Assembly (NCBI RefSeq): GCF_001194135.2
Contig: NC_068986.1
Location: 23,671,123 to 23,735,122, forward strand
Direction: 5' to 3'
From: Octopus bimaculoides
Taxonomy: Eukaryota
Length of the DNA stretch: 64,000 bases
In this document: one piece after another, positions 12,749 through 25,588 of the stretch
How the letters are laid out: every line of letters starts with the position of its first letter
Position numbering within the stretch: position 1 is the stretch's first letter
The notes under the pieces: generated by a model
Databases searched by the model: none
Told to the model about the DNA's origin: nothing
Seen by the model: only the letters and a program-made list of their open reading frames with translations
Made by a program: the position numbers and the translations under genes

Positions 12749-12870
12749 TGAATGAATGAATGAATGAATGAACGAATGAATGAATGAATGAATGAATCCA
12801 TCCAACCAACCAGCCAACCAACCAACCAACCAACCATCTATCCATCCATCCATCCAGCCAGCCAGCCATC
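12749..12870. repeat. Compound tetranucleotide microsatellite (GAAT)n/(CCAA)n/(CCAT)n
   Basis: Visible directly in the sequence. Confidence 0.9.
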
Positions 12871-12894
12871 CAAGTATTTCCTTACTCTTAAGTC

Positions 12895-13625
12895 GAACAA
12901 TTCGACCCCATCACCGAGGAGATGACAAGGGACCGAGACTTCTGGTGATTTGCTTAAGAAGACGTGTCATGCTAAGTAAAATCATGGCCATCCATACATT
13001 TAGGAATGTCCTTTACGAATATACCCACTATTCCCCTCATTTGTATCCACTCATAACCAATCTCCCTCAAACCTCACTAACCGCTGCAGGCTCCTCCAGT
13101 TCCTTTCACCACCACTTGCTGTATCTAAATATCCTCCCTCACACACTTATGGAGCATCTCTTCTAACCCCTCTATACGACTTACAATCCCTCACTATTAC
13201 CTGCGTGTAGGTCCTCTCTCTCTCTCTCTCACTCTGACGGTCTCTATTTTTTCCCTCTCCCACCCTTTCACCTTCCTTGTCCTACTAGGTTATGCAAGTA
13301 TCTCCTCGGTACTAACACAGCTCTCACTGTCTCTGTGTCATACTCCAACTCTCGTCTGACACACGGCCACTACTCTCGGCTCCTCTCCTTCTTTCAATTG
13401 AGACGGTCTTGTCTTGCAAGCTACTAGACGTTCCCCAATCATGCTGGTGTCTCGTAAAAAGCACCTAATATACTCTGTAAAGTAGATATCAGTAGGAAGA
13501 GCATCTAGCTGCAGAAACCATACCCAAACAGACGACTGGAGTCCTTACAGCCGTCTAGCTTGCCAGCTTCTTTCGAACCCTCCAACACATGTCAGCATTG
13601 AAATCGCATGTTAAATGATGATGAT
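12895..13625 (+). mobile_element. RTE-type LINE 3' end (ORF2 tail, 3' UTR, (TGA)n tail), decayed
   Basis: 12907-12945 reads [13 protein letters not shown], like the RTE C-terminal 'LTEEM..DR..WR'. The end has gtaaaaagcacc...aggaagagcatctagctgcagaaacc...gttaaatgatgatga, typical of RTE-related tails. The middle part is uncertain. Confidence 0.5.
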
Positions 13626-14199
13626 ATACATACAGATGTGTATATGTGTATGGTGTATGTGAACTAAATTTCTTTAATATTTTTATTCGTTTAGGTTATA
13701 CCAAATGTCTGTATTTATCGTCTGTTCATTTCATGAAGTTGAGAGCGAGGCATTACAAGACAACAGCAGACCCATTGTACACATGAATGATGAGGGAACT
13801 TGTATGCAGAAAGCACCCTCATCCGAAACCAATTTTATGGTTTAAATGTTAAAACGCACATAAGAATTACTAAGGTAGCTGATGGAATTGTTATTCCATT
13901 TTCTTTTACTTTCTGATGAATATATTTATATATATTGTCTGTGTTAATAAAGCGCTTTTGTCATGCATAATTCTGTAACTATTACTATAACTGATTTTTA
14001 CGACTGTGACAAATTTGTCGACATGTCGGCTACGAACGCATATATTTTTCTAAAAATGCATGAAACCTCATGTAGCAGGTCAGCATCTCTTCATTTGTCT
14101 CTTATTTCTATTTTTTCACTGATTTTAGCCACAGGAATTCAGTCATGCTTGGGCGTCGCCTTGAAAGGTTTTAATCCTTCATGTCGCCCTAATACTTTG

Positions 14200-15125
14200 T
14201 AATACTCTTTTATTCTTTTCCTTGTTTCAGTTATTTGACTGTGGCCATGCTGGAGCACCACCTTTAGTCGAGCAAATCGACCCCAGGACTTATTCTTTGT
14301 AAGCCTAGTACTTATTTTATCAGTCTCTCTTGCCGAACTGCTAAGTTACGGGGACGTAAACACACCAGCATCAGTTCTCAAGCGATGTTGGTGGGGACAA
14401 ACACACNNNNNNNNNNNNNNNNNNNNNNNNNNNNNNNNNNNNNNNNNNNNNNNNNNNNNNNNNNNNNNNNNNNNNNNNNNNNNNNNNNNNNNNNNNNNNN
14501 NNNNNNNNNNNNNNNNNNNNNNNNNNNNNNNNNNNNNNNNNNNNNNNNNNNNNNNNNNNNNNNNNNNNNNNNNNNNNNNNNNNNNNNNNNNNNNNNNNNN
14601 NNNNNNNNNNNNNNNNNNNNNNNNNNNNNNNNNNNNNNNNNNNNNNNNNNNNNNNNNNNNNNNNNNNNNNNNNNNNNNNNNNNNNNNNNNNNNNNNNNNN
14701 NNNNNNNNNNNNNNNNNNNNNNNNNNNNNNNNNNNNNNNNNNNNNNNNNNNNNNNNNNNNNNNNNNNNNNNNNNNNNNNNNNNNNNNNNNNNNNNNNNNN
14801 NNNNNNNNNNNNNNNNNNNNNNNNNNNNNNNNNNNNNNNNNNNNNNNNNNNNNNNNNNNNNNNNNNNNNNNNNNNNNNNNNNNNNNNNNNNNNNNNNNNN
14901 NNNNNNNNNNNNNNNNNNNNNNNNNNNNNNNNNNNNNNNNNNNNNNNNNNNNNNNNNNNNNNNNNNNNNNNNNNNNNNNNNNNNNNNNNNNNNNNNNNNN
15001 NNNNNNNNNNNNNNNNNNNNNNNNNNNNNNNNNNNNNNNNNNNNNNNNNNNNNNNNNNNNNNNNNNNNNCGTGCAATTTAACGTACGACGCAGTGGGACT
15101 GAAAACCGCGGAACGTAGAAGCAAT
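14200..15125 (-). mobile_element. SINE family C spanning gap 14407-15069
   Basis: The 3' half (14200-14406) is the reverse complement of 52520-52734. A head remnant at 15070-15125 (cagtgggactgaaaaccgcggaac) lies across the gap in the same orientation. Confidence 0.7.
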
Positions 15126-15719
15126 TTTCATTAATTTTCTATTTATTTCGAGCAAATAAAAAGCAATTATTAAAAGACCAGACCTTCTCATTTGCATAAA
15201 AAAGATGTTTTATTTTTATCTCATGGCACGAAATCTAAATTTACATAGATTTGAAACGTTTTGTCTATAATTGTTCTTATAAACACATTTCGATAATAAC
15301 AGTCGATTAAAATGAACCATAAATAACTGGTTAATTATAAATGCAAATGGGCTTTGATTTTCATTATGAAATAAAATAATGTCCAATGCATTATTGATTA
15401 TTATCTAATATTATTCAATATAATTTAACATTGTTCAATGTTAACAATAGGGCAGAAAAGAGTAATGTAATATTCTTAAATGTTTAATTAATCGTAAAAT
15501 TATATGATGACATAACTAGGGAAATATGTGACCAAAATCCTGACGCGGTTTCAATTAGTGCATCTGGGGTTGAGGTATCAATGAATGATACCTGTGCCCA
15601 CATTTTGGAACGTTCCTTTCGGATTCTCGGTTCAATAGCAGTCAAATAATTTGTGTGCGTGTATGTATGCTTGTGTGTCTATATGTATGTGTGCGTATTT
15701 GTGTGTGTGTGTGTTTGTG

Positions 15720-15930
15720 TCTTTCTGTCTGCCCCCTCTCACCACTTGACAACCGGTATTCGTGTGTTTACCTCCCCGTAACTTAGCAGTTCTTCAAAAG
15801 AGACCGATACTATAAGTACCAGGTATTAAAAAGTATGTACTGGGAACGATTCATTCGGCTAAAACTTTTTCAAGGCGATGCCCCAGCATAGCCGCAATCT
15901 AATGATAGAGACTAGTAAAAGATAAAAGAG
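15720..15930 (+). mobile_element. SINE family C 3' half
   Basis: cacttgacaaccggtattcgtgtgtttacctccccgtaacttagc...aaaagagaccgata...agtaaaagataaaag, following a (TG)n tract. Confidence 0.7.
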
Positions 15931-16571
15931 AAATGATATAGTAATATCGTTGGTTCCTTGTCTCTCCAATTACTCTTAACATCGAACTGAGGAGGAAAGG
16001 AAAAGGAGAGGCAGTAAAAGAGATGTACTGAGAGAGTTGACATCAGGCGTCAAGGATGAATGTCTCAAAACTTTGAAAAATACCAATTTCTATTTTATGA
16101 ACATTTGCAGAGACAACATTTTCAAGGAGTAGATTGCGCTTACGTTAATATATTTAAGGAAAATGATAACATATTTATTGGAAATATACGAATGAAAAAT
16201 TTGTTTCATTTAATTTAATTTCCAGGTAATAAATATTTTTCTGAAGAAAATTATTCATTTCGTCAACAAGAAATTTGACATAAGTTAAATTACATGTATG
16301 TGTCCAAAATTTCGGGATATTACAAATGGTTTCAAAACTATAGTTCCGAAGTACCAGCCGTATGCCGAGTAGCGCTTCCATAATACCTGAAAAATGTACA
16401 TATTTTTGTAACGTTTCAAAATTAATATTTCGTTCACATCTTTGAAAATGTGTATTGTTTTGTGTTCAAAATTTGTATAATGTGTGAATGTATAATATAT
16501 TTTATTCAAAATAAATTTCATTTGATTTCCTTCGACATTATCAGAGTAATGGCAATTTTACTGAAAATTTT

Positions 16572-16605
16572 TAGGGGTGTAGATATACTTTTGTGAGGTA
16601 CTGTA
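16572..16605. mobile_element. Possible Tc1-like terminal inverted repeat (one end only)
   Basis: The reverse complement CAGTACCTCACAAAAGTATATCTACACCC resembles Tc1-family termini (CAGT....CAAAAGT) and abuts TA repeats. No partner TIR found. Confidence 0.35.
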
Positions 16606-16983
16606 TATATATATATATNNNNNNNNNNNNNNNNNNNNNNNNNNNNNNNNNNNNNNNNNNNNNNNNNNNNNNNNNNNNNNNNNNNNNNNNNNNNNNNNNN
16701 NNNNNNNNNNNNNNNNNNNNNNNNNNNNNNNNNNNNNNNNNNNNNNNNNNNNNNNNNNNNNNNNNNNNNNNNNNNNNNNNNNNNNNNNNNNNNNNNNNNN
16801 NNNNNNNNNNNNNNNNNNNNNNNNNTCCCGGCGTGCTAATGATTCTGCCAGCTCACCGCCTTTTCATAACAGAACATCAATATTAACGTAATATTTATAG
16901 ATGTAAGATGCTCGTATATGCGTACTTGCTCTTAAACTCCTTATTACACACACACACACACACAGACAGACACAGACACACAG

Positions 16984-17017
<34 letters not shown>

Positions 17018-19355
17018 ACACACACACACACGCACGCACGCACGCACATACACACATATACACACACGCGCACACACATTTATTCATAGTATATATGTAC
17101 ATATGCATCTTAGATACGTATACGTATGTGTGTATGTATATATGTACGTACATACATATAGTTATGCTACTATATCATTAGAACTCCCTGGTGACTAGGG
17201 AAGCAGCAGGAATTATGGGAAACATCTGTAAAACCTTCTCAAACAGTTGCATAAATGATGTCAAATTAGCGATGACAGGAAACTTGTTAGCGATCTGACC
17301 ACTAGTTTGCAATATGACTCTGATCACATTTCAAACACACGTGTATTGACAATGCACTAATCTCTTATTCGATTGCTTTATATTCTGCTTCGCTTCATTT
17401 TCACTGGCAATCGATTTTATCAGGTACCGCGGCCTTACACCAGAGACCAAATGCCTATTATAAAATGACACTTTTCATCATTATCAACTTACCACATCTT
17501 GATTTAACGTTGGTGTTGGCACGGCATTGGATGTGTTTCAAAATAATTTGTGTTCACTTCTATATAAATTGCTTCCACTTGTACTTTTATTATGTTAACA
17601 GCAAAAGCTTAAGGCTTCTACACAGACACAAACACAGACTTATATTCATCAGACACACATTTAACGATATTATTAAAATACAGAATTAAACACACACACA
17701 CACACACACGCGCAGATATACATACATGCACACATACATACATATGTATGTATATATATATATCATACATATATGTGATGTATGTGTTTGTGCGTGTGTT
17801 TATGTGTTTGTGTGTGAGTGTGTATGTGTTTGTATGTATTTATTATTTAGATGAATTGGTATACTGGTAGATTGGTAGAGAAACTACGGGGTTGATGGCT
17901 CAATTTCGTGAATGCAAGATCACTTACTGCACCAAATCAGTTTTGCATTCGATCCTTTTGGGTGGATAACGCATCACTGGTGTTCGATGTAATCGTTCAT
18001 GCCCTTTCGAATTGCGAATCTTGTACTAAAATTCGAAACAAATATCATTGCACTTAAATGACTAGTATATTGAAAATTTAGCTTGATAATGCACAAAATT
18101 AAAATTTACAAGACAAGTCAGATATGCCAGAGAACATCGAAATGTATAGAAACGAAATCGCCAATATGCACGACATAGAGAAAAGGCAGCTTCAGCTGGT
18201 AGTTACATTTAGTTAACAAAGCTCAATCCCAAAGACAGGCAAATTAGTAGTTTAACAGCAATGTTTATATACAGCATTTTACTGCTATTTGTATCAATTA
18301 CCAAATTTTAGGAGAGTCTGAGACTGTTTCAAAAACTTTGGCTCAAATAAACTCAGTTTTAAGGAAACAAATTCTGACACTTGCAGAGTAAATTGTTAAG
18401 CTGCTAGCAATGATTGCATCTTAACGGTTGAAAGAGCCTGCTGGTAAATCACAGCAGAGTGTTATTTGTTGGAATAATTTGAGAGAACCACCTGCGACTT
18501 CATAGATACATGCCCTATTGTGTCACCATCACAGCGCATTTAATTGACGTTAAAAGAAATAATTTCTCCAATGAAATTATGTGAACAGTTTAGTTTACAA
18601 ACCATATTATAATTTATCTTCCAGTTTATCTTTCACTGATATAAAACCAAAAAGAGAGGCGCCTAAACAGACGATCTAAATACAAGACATAACAATAAAA
18701 TTCCCATAGGTCACATTCTGCTATGTTAATACAAGAATAACACAATGATACTGGACAGTTTACACCCTCCATCAATGCTTCCTAAACGGTGTGCCAGCAT
18801 TGTGGAAGTGAAATTTTATTTATAAAATATAAGAAAAAATGTATACTAAAAGAATATTCAGAATACTTTAGAATCTGCACTTCATTTAACAAATGGAAGA
18901 CCTGGTTTCCTGTAACTTTGACTGCTTTTTATTGGTTGAAATATATAAATACTTGTTTTAATATGTTTGTACACCTTATTCATAGTGTTCTCCGATTATA
19001 TTTACTTATTCCAAAGTACGCCGCGAGGAAAATCAGACCGAGATCTACCACACTAAATTTACCAAAAATATGGGATGGTCAAGGATGGAATGTTTTTTTA
19101 TCAGAGTCTGCTCGATCTTTTGTTAAGCGCGAACAAAAACCTTTAATTGAAATCAACATGCGTTCCTGAATTCTGCTGACTCATAAAAAGTATAACCCTT
19201 CGTCAGTTGTTCCTGTTCCATCTACTCCGCGTTTCGAAGTCAAGGACAATACGCGACTTCGTTGGAACAGTCCTTCCTGCAAAGCAAATTAAATAAAATT
19301 GGGAATTTTTTGCAGAGGGGGAAAGTGTTAACAAGAACAGGACAGTGAGAACAAG

Positions 19356-19396
<41 letters not shown>

Positions 19397-20559
19397 ATCT
19401 GTGTCTGTGTATGTACTTGAGTGCGTATTACTTGATATTGTTCATTAACTTGATCAAATACCAGAAAACACTTACTGATGGTGGAGTACATGCATGAGTC
19501 ACTTGAAATTTATGGATAATATTGATCAGAAGAAACGAACAGGTGAAAAAAAATAAACAGATAGATGCATCATTATCACATAAAGAACTGTGGCAGTTTC
19601 GATGCTTTGAGACAAAATGTTCCAGGGGCGTCAACATTTATTTAATATTGTTCTGAGAGAAGTAATACCGCGAAAATGAAACCTAAAACAGAAAAAAAAA
19701 AGCGAACAAATATATTAGTTGATTCTTAGCGACTGTCATAGAGGAAATGTAAAGGCAAATGGATGAGTAAATGTGCTTGTGTGTGTGTGTGTGTATATTC
19801 ATATAGCTCTGCATCGAAGAGAAATATATTGTCTTGCTTTTGAAACTGAGTTATATCATTTCGTCAATATAAGCTTAATTATAGACAGAGATAGGTGATA
19901 AAGGAAATACGTATCCGACAATATTTTGAGGTAACACAAAAAAGTAACAGATCCCTGTATTATTTGCTCTTCAATAACACTGCAGTGAAAAGAATGTGCA
20001 CAACAGAAAACCACTGAAATTAGTAGAATAATAAAAGAAAAAAAAACGCATGAAACTATAGGTTTTTCGGTTTATAATTACCTGTTTAGAAAGCTCAGTA
20101 GACAGTAGTATCGATGGAGCACTGGGTAAATTATCTTAAGTATACTATGCAATGAGTATGAATAACAATGAAGTGGTTATATATAGTTTTATTTTCATCA
20201 TACACAATTACTTGCAGCAAAGTTCTGGTGTGGACATATTTGATACTATGTTTAAGATAAAAATTCTCATTATCAACTGGAATGCACTCCATCTACGCCA
20301 CAAAAAATTAATTAAAATCTTCACTCAACCATATAAAATGTTCACAAAAAAAGATAAACTGGAATGATTTAATTTAGTGTGGATAAAGACAAGAAGCATA
20401 ACGTTAGCAGAATGTTCCTCCGACGAGGCGGCCTGCATTAAACTTAAAATTTCTTTTCATCCTCACGGCAAAATTTTCTATTTCATGTTATTAATTTTTT
20501 TTTTTTACAATTAGTAATTGTCAATGTAGAGACTATTGCTATTTCCTTCGGATTAAATC

Positions 20560-21870
20560 GTTTCATTGTCATATAACATGGCACTTTGTCTTTACACATG
20601 TATTATACTTTTGCATTACACTGCTCCAAACAGGATGTTACACTGCTTACATTACATCTCCACTTTTACATTAAACCGCTCTATACTGTGTATTGTGCAA
20701 TTACATCACATTTGTCCATTCAGTTCACTAGACTTTCACATTACACTTATCTACACAATGTACTACACTTCTGCGTGGAGGCGCAATGGCCCAGTGGTTA
20801 GGGCAGCGTACTCGCAGTCATAGGATCGCGGTTTCGATTCCCAGACCGGGCGTTGTGAGTGTTTATTAAGCGAAAACACCTAAAAGCTCCACGAGGCTCC
20901 GACAGGGGATAGTGGTGAACCCTGCTGTACTCTTTCACCACAACTTTCTCTCACTCTTACTTATTGTTTCTGTTGTGCCTGTAATTCAAAGGGTCAGCCT
21001 TGTCACACTGTGTCACGCTGAATATTCCAGAAAACTACGTTAAGGGTACACGTGTCTGAAGAGTGCTCAGCCACTTGCACGTTAATTTCACGAGCAGGCT
21101 GTTCCGTTGATCGGATCAACTGGAACCCTCGACGGCGTAAGCGACGGAGTGCCAACTACACTTTTGTATTAGACTTCTCAACACAATGTATTACACTTTT
21201 ATATATTAGACTTTTCTACATAATATATTACACTGTTAAAATACACTTCTCCACAATGTGTTATACTTTCACATCGCAGTTTACAATATACTATATTTCA
21301 CTTTCTCTAAACACTGTTGCACAATGAATTCCCGAAGAGTGTATTACATTTTTTACATTAAATTTCCCCATAAACTATATTACACTGTTACATCAGTCCT
21401 CTCCACACAGTGTATGTACATTTCCGAAAAGTATATCACTCTTTTAAATTACACTTCCCTATACGGTGTGTTATACTTCCCCATTGCACTTCTATAAATT
21501 TCATTACATTTTTACTTTGATTGTATTGCGCTTTTACATCACATTTCTCACTTTGCACTTTCCCCTCATTACACAGCGTATTATGATTTTATATTGCACT
21601 TCCATACCGTGTATTACACTCTAACATTGCACTTCAGCGTATAATATTTAACATATTCATGTTAGAGTTCTCCAGACAATGTATTAGAGTTTTGCGTTAT
21701 ACTTCTTACTCTGTATTACAATTTCACATTATATATAAAACAATGTATTACAATTGTACATCACACTTTTCCATACATTGTACTACATTTATACATGTTT
21801 ATTTTCTCCATTATTTCTGCAGTTCAGCATATATTACTTCTTTCTTACCGTTAACATTTTGCAGCGCAGA
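20560..21870. repeat. Degenerate minisatellite rich in TGTATTACACT/TTACAC/CACTTT
   Basis: Recurrent tgtattacac, ttacatttt and cacttt motifs over about 1.3 kb, interrupted by the SINE at 20773. Confidence 0.55.
20773..21154 (+). mobile_element. tRNA-derived SINE family A, full length with TSD
   Basis: A box TGGCCCAGTGG and B box GGTTTCGATTCC. The direct repeat ACTACACTT lies at 20762-20770 and 21155-21163. Closely similar to the copy at 39936-40297. Confidence 0.9.
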
Positions 21871-22689
21871 CATCATAGAGTATTGAAATTGATTTATAAA
21901 TTAACCTGTTTCGAGGCTTCCGAAAACTAGTACAGTATCCAGCTGAACATAACGATGTTCCAGGCTTGTACTGTTGTCAGCATATTAATGAAGATGGCTT
22001 GGCAAACAATGTTAGCTTTAGCTCAGCCTTGACAAAGACAATAGTTTTCTACCTTGAGTGGGGGCTGTGACAGCACCCACTAGCAGTAGAAAAATGACTT
22101 TCATAGACTGTTGATAGAATCAGCTTCCCAAAGATATGGTCTCTGAGACTTTGCGCTCCGCTCTTTGTTCCCTTCATAGCCAGTGTACATGTGGCCGAAT
22201 TGCAAGCATCCTTACCAGCTTATTTCGCTCGACTGTTTGCCTTCATGTTCCTTCAGATCAGCACACCATCTGTTCTTCCCTTAATGCATGTCAAAGGTTG
22301 ATGTCGGGCAGCTACTTAAGACAATCCCCCCATGAGATCCTTAGCTATAACTCTCTTGCTCCTCAAATTAAGATGGCATGACGATAGCAGATAGAATTTC
22401 CTAGCATTCGTTGGGTTGGCGAAAGGGTGCGCTGTTGGTTAGGTTCTCTGCTGGTCGTTACTACAAGCGTGTAGAAGCTCCCGACAGATTTATTCCGGAC
22501 AAAGACTAACAACAAACCGAGAACACTTCGCTAATACTCTGACGAAACACGTAACCACAATTTCTGTAAATTCCAGAAACAATTGCTGCGACTGCAATTC
22601 CCCCATACGGAATATTCTTTCTGTTGTATGTTACTCTTAACGTTGCTCCTAACGTAGGATGTATGTGAACACATACACACATGTGCCTG

Positions 22690-22753
<64 letters not shown>

Positions 22754-23750
22754 CACATTTGGATGTATGTATAAATATATGTAACCATATTGTATACATA
22801 TGAATATAGATGTACATAAACATACATATATACAAACACATACATACACACGTGCATATTTATGAATATGTATCGAGTAATGTAGAAATCAATTTGTGTT
22901 GCCAAATGCTGCTTAATGTGTCAAATCGATATTAGTTAATGCAAGGCTAAGACTAATGGAAGTTACGTTCACAAACGCCCCGGGTGTTATTAGAGAAGAG
23001 GGTACAAACAGGCTGATATCCCTGATAGCTTTTCTCCTATAATATAAGATACCGGGAGTAATAATAGAGAAAGAAAATTGAGTGATATCCTACGCTGCAC
23101 GTTGCCTACGAACTAAATCCGAGCTATTCTCAGTCCCTTTGTAAAATATCATATGCCCTTAATTTTGGTATTACTCTTAGAAATAACTCATTTCTTACAT
23201 TCAAATTCTCATTTTCTATTCTCCTAAAACATAGTGCTTTTATTCGAGGAACATACATAATAACAACAGTTAATAGAATTCAGTAGACAGAAACAATCAA
23301 TTCTAAGCTGTTACTGTCATATATAATACGCCTTTATACCCAACGTATTCAATTCACATACATTCTAGCCTTATTTATGAATTAAAACTAATGAGCAATT
23401 TCGCAATTCGTTCCTATATCGAAGCAATAAATCAACGATAGAGAAGATTTTACAATTATTGCTACACATTAAGGCATACTTATAATAATTTTCAATATTC
23501 ATAATTTCCTTTCCATTTATATCAAATTAAGAACATAGATGGATGAGGCAGTCACATATCACATTTGAGATGAATTTATCAAAAAGTAGAACATTAAAAC
23601 TCGATTATAGAACTCATTTTCAGTAGAGTACTTAGCAAATATATAACTAATGCCCATTAACACACACCGCACACAGATCCATAAACATTCAATATCTGTT
23701 CCTAATTAGCAAAATAATACTTTATACTCAAGCATATATCAGCCTGCGTG

Positions 23751-23822
<72 letters not shown>

Positions 23823-23970
23823 ATCTATCTGTCTGTCTATTTCTCTTCTCCTCTCTCTCACTATGCATGCATACATACATGCATGCATACATGTATGCAT
23901 GTATGTATGCACGGATGATGCACGCACACACATACACATATGCATATGTATGCAAATATATAAGTGCATC

Positions 23971-24105
23971 TATTGCTTCCCAACCACATGGCTCGGGGTT
24001 CAATCCCACTGCATGGGACCTTGGAAAAGTGTCTTTCACTATAGCATCGGGCCAACCAAAGTCTCGTGAGTGGATTTGCAAGACGGAAACTGGAAGAACC
24101 CTGTC

Positions 24106-24108
<3 letters not shown>
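23971..24108 (+). mobile_element. SINE family C 5' half (tRNA head plus CORE-like region)
   Basis: ccaaccacatgg..gggttcaatcccactgc..ggaccttggaaaagtgtct..actatagc.tcgggccaaccaaag, then a (TA)n run; matches 52310-52450. Confidence 0.8.
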
Positions 24109-24168
<60 letters not shown>

Positions 24169-24319
24169 GAAAGATAGATACACAGAGACACAAGTACAGA
24201 CACACATACAACTACACACACAAATACACATATGTATATAGGTTAAATAAGATGAGACAAAGCCAAGGCAGTGTGAAATTTCTAGGATATTTTATAAAGA
24301 GAAGGGTTGTCTTACAGCT

Positions 24320-24524
24320 GTAATATAAAAAAAAAGGATAATACAGTTCTATATTTAAGAGATTAGGAATTATGTACATTATTTACATTATTTACATTTG
24401 ACGGATATTTATCTTCATCTTGCTTGTTGTTAATACAGCGTTTCGGATGATGTACCCTCCAGCCTTCATCAGGTGACTTGGGGAATTTTCGAACCTGGGT
24501 TCTCATTCTTAAGGTATTTTTCGA

Positions 24525-24527
<3 letters not shown>
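24320..24527 (-). mobile_element. Penelope-like terminal-repeat relic containing a hammerhead ribozyme core
   Basis: Minus strand 24472-24440 reads CTGATGA-A-GGCTG-GAGGGTACAT-CATCC-GAAAC: conserved CUGAUGA and GAAAC boxes flanking a stem II with one mismatch. No RT or GIY-YIG coding sequence is visible, and element boundaries are approximate. Confidence 0.5.
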
Positions 24528-24606
<79 letters not shown>

Positions 24607-24610
24607 ATTA
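24527..24610. repeat. (ATT)n microsatellite at the 3' end of the minus-strand Dong-like LINE
   Basis: Visible directly in the sequence. Confidence 0.95.
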
Positions 24611-24975
24611 TTCAGTAGTTTTATTTTTATAGCGTGCTTTCACTTCACTACCGAGCGTAACTCTGTGTGCTTTGGGTATGTGCTGTGGTTTACTGTGATG
24701 CTCTCATGGTTACTGTATTGAAAGTGTTTTGCGTAGGATGTGTGCAGTGCCCAGTAGTGCAATTTTCTGTATGTTATATATATTTGTAAGTCCTGGTGTT
24801 TTTGTTATGTATTTGTCTGAATATTTTTTTAATCATACCTAAGGCGCCTGCTATGATAGGAATTGTTTCTGTCTTTAGATTCCACATTCGAGTTACCTCT
24901 ATTTCGAGGTCTTTGTATTTTGAAAGTTTCTCCATTTCTTTTAGGGAAACGTTGTCATCTGCTGGTATTGATACA
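24611..24975 (-). mobile_element. 5'-truncated R4/Dong-type RLE LINE
   Basis: Translates VSIPADDNVSLKEMEKLSKYKDLEIEVTRMWNLKTETIPIIAGALGMIKK, then after a frameshift YSDKYITKTPGLTNIYNIQKIALLGTAHILRKTLSIQ*. The 3' UTR ends in (TAA)n. Confidence 0.85.
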
Positions 24976-25002
24976 TGAATTAGAATGCACACACACAAAT
25001 AT

Positions 25003-25230
25003 ATATATATTCTTTTATTCTTTTACTTGTTTCAGTGATGTGACTGGCCATGCTGGAGCATCGCTTTTAGTCGAGCAAATCGATCCCAAGACTTATTCTT
25101 TGTAAGCCTAGTACATATTCAATCGGTCTCTTATGCCGAACCGGTAAGTTACGCGGACGTAAACACACCAGCATCGGTTATCAAGCGATGTTGGGAGCAC
25201 AAACACAGACGCACAAACATATACACACAT
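25003..25230 (-). mobile_element. SINE family C 3' half
   Basis: Reverse complement of the 52520-52734 type (ggccatgctggagca...tagtcgagcaaatcga...aaacacaccagcatcgg). Confidence 0.8.
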
Positions 25231-25511
25231 ATATATATATATATATGTGTTTATAAGTATTTTATTTGCTGAATCTGGAGGTACAAGTAGGACTCATGCC
25301 GCTTATAGATATTCTGAAACAGTTCGCGTTTGTTACTACTAATGTACTTTTAACTGATACAGGTGAATAGCTGCAAGAACAAAAAAACCTAAGTGGAGGG
25401 AAGTATGAGGAGGAATAGAGGTGAGAATGAAAGAAACCGCGGAACTAGCCAGAACTAAACTCAGCTAGGTTAAGGGTCTTTTTTCAATCTACGCTGCCAT
25501 GTGATATTGTT

Positions 25512-25588
25512 AGGCGCATGCGTGGCTGGGTGGTAAGAGGCTTGATTCCCAACCACATGGTCCCGGATTCAGTCCCACTGCACCAATG
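25512..25588 (+). mobile_element. SINE family C head, running into gap 25589-26130
   Basis: taggcgcatgcgtggctgggtggtaagaggcttgattcccaaccacatggtcccggattcagtcccactgc matches 52285-52355. Confidence 0.7.

Noticed and set aside
13695-13845. 49-codon plus-strand open frame after an AG acceptor
   Set aside because: No good donor, unrecognised peptide, and a length expected by chance in 64 kb.
16327-16338. WFQN homeodomain-like codons
   Set aside because: The flanking frame (YKWFQNYSSEVPA) lacks the RR.K.K motif and helices 1-2; chance match.
19215-19245. LDFET cadherin-like motif on the minus strand
   Set aside because: A stop follows within 8 codons and no other cadherin motifs (DXNDN, PXF) are present.
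20776-20850. tRNA-like sequences with A and B boxes (also 39936, 52285, 37978, 27420)
   Set aside because: Each continues into a SINE body and lacks a proper cloverleaf and acceptor stem, so these are SINE heads, not tRNA genes.
22030-22500. Higher-complexity segment vaguely like an RTE fragment
   Set aside because: No diagnostic motif could be read in any frame; too weak to call.
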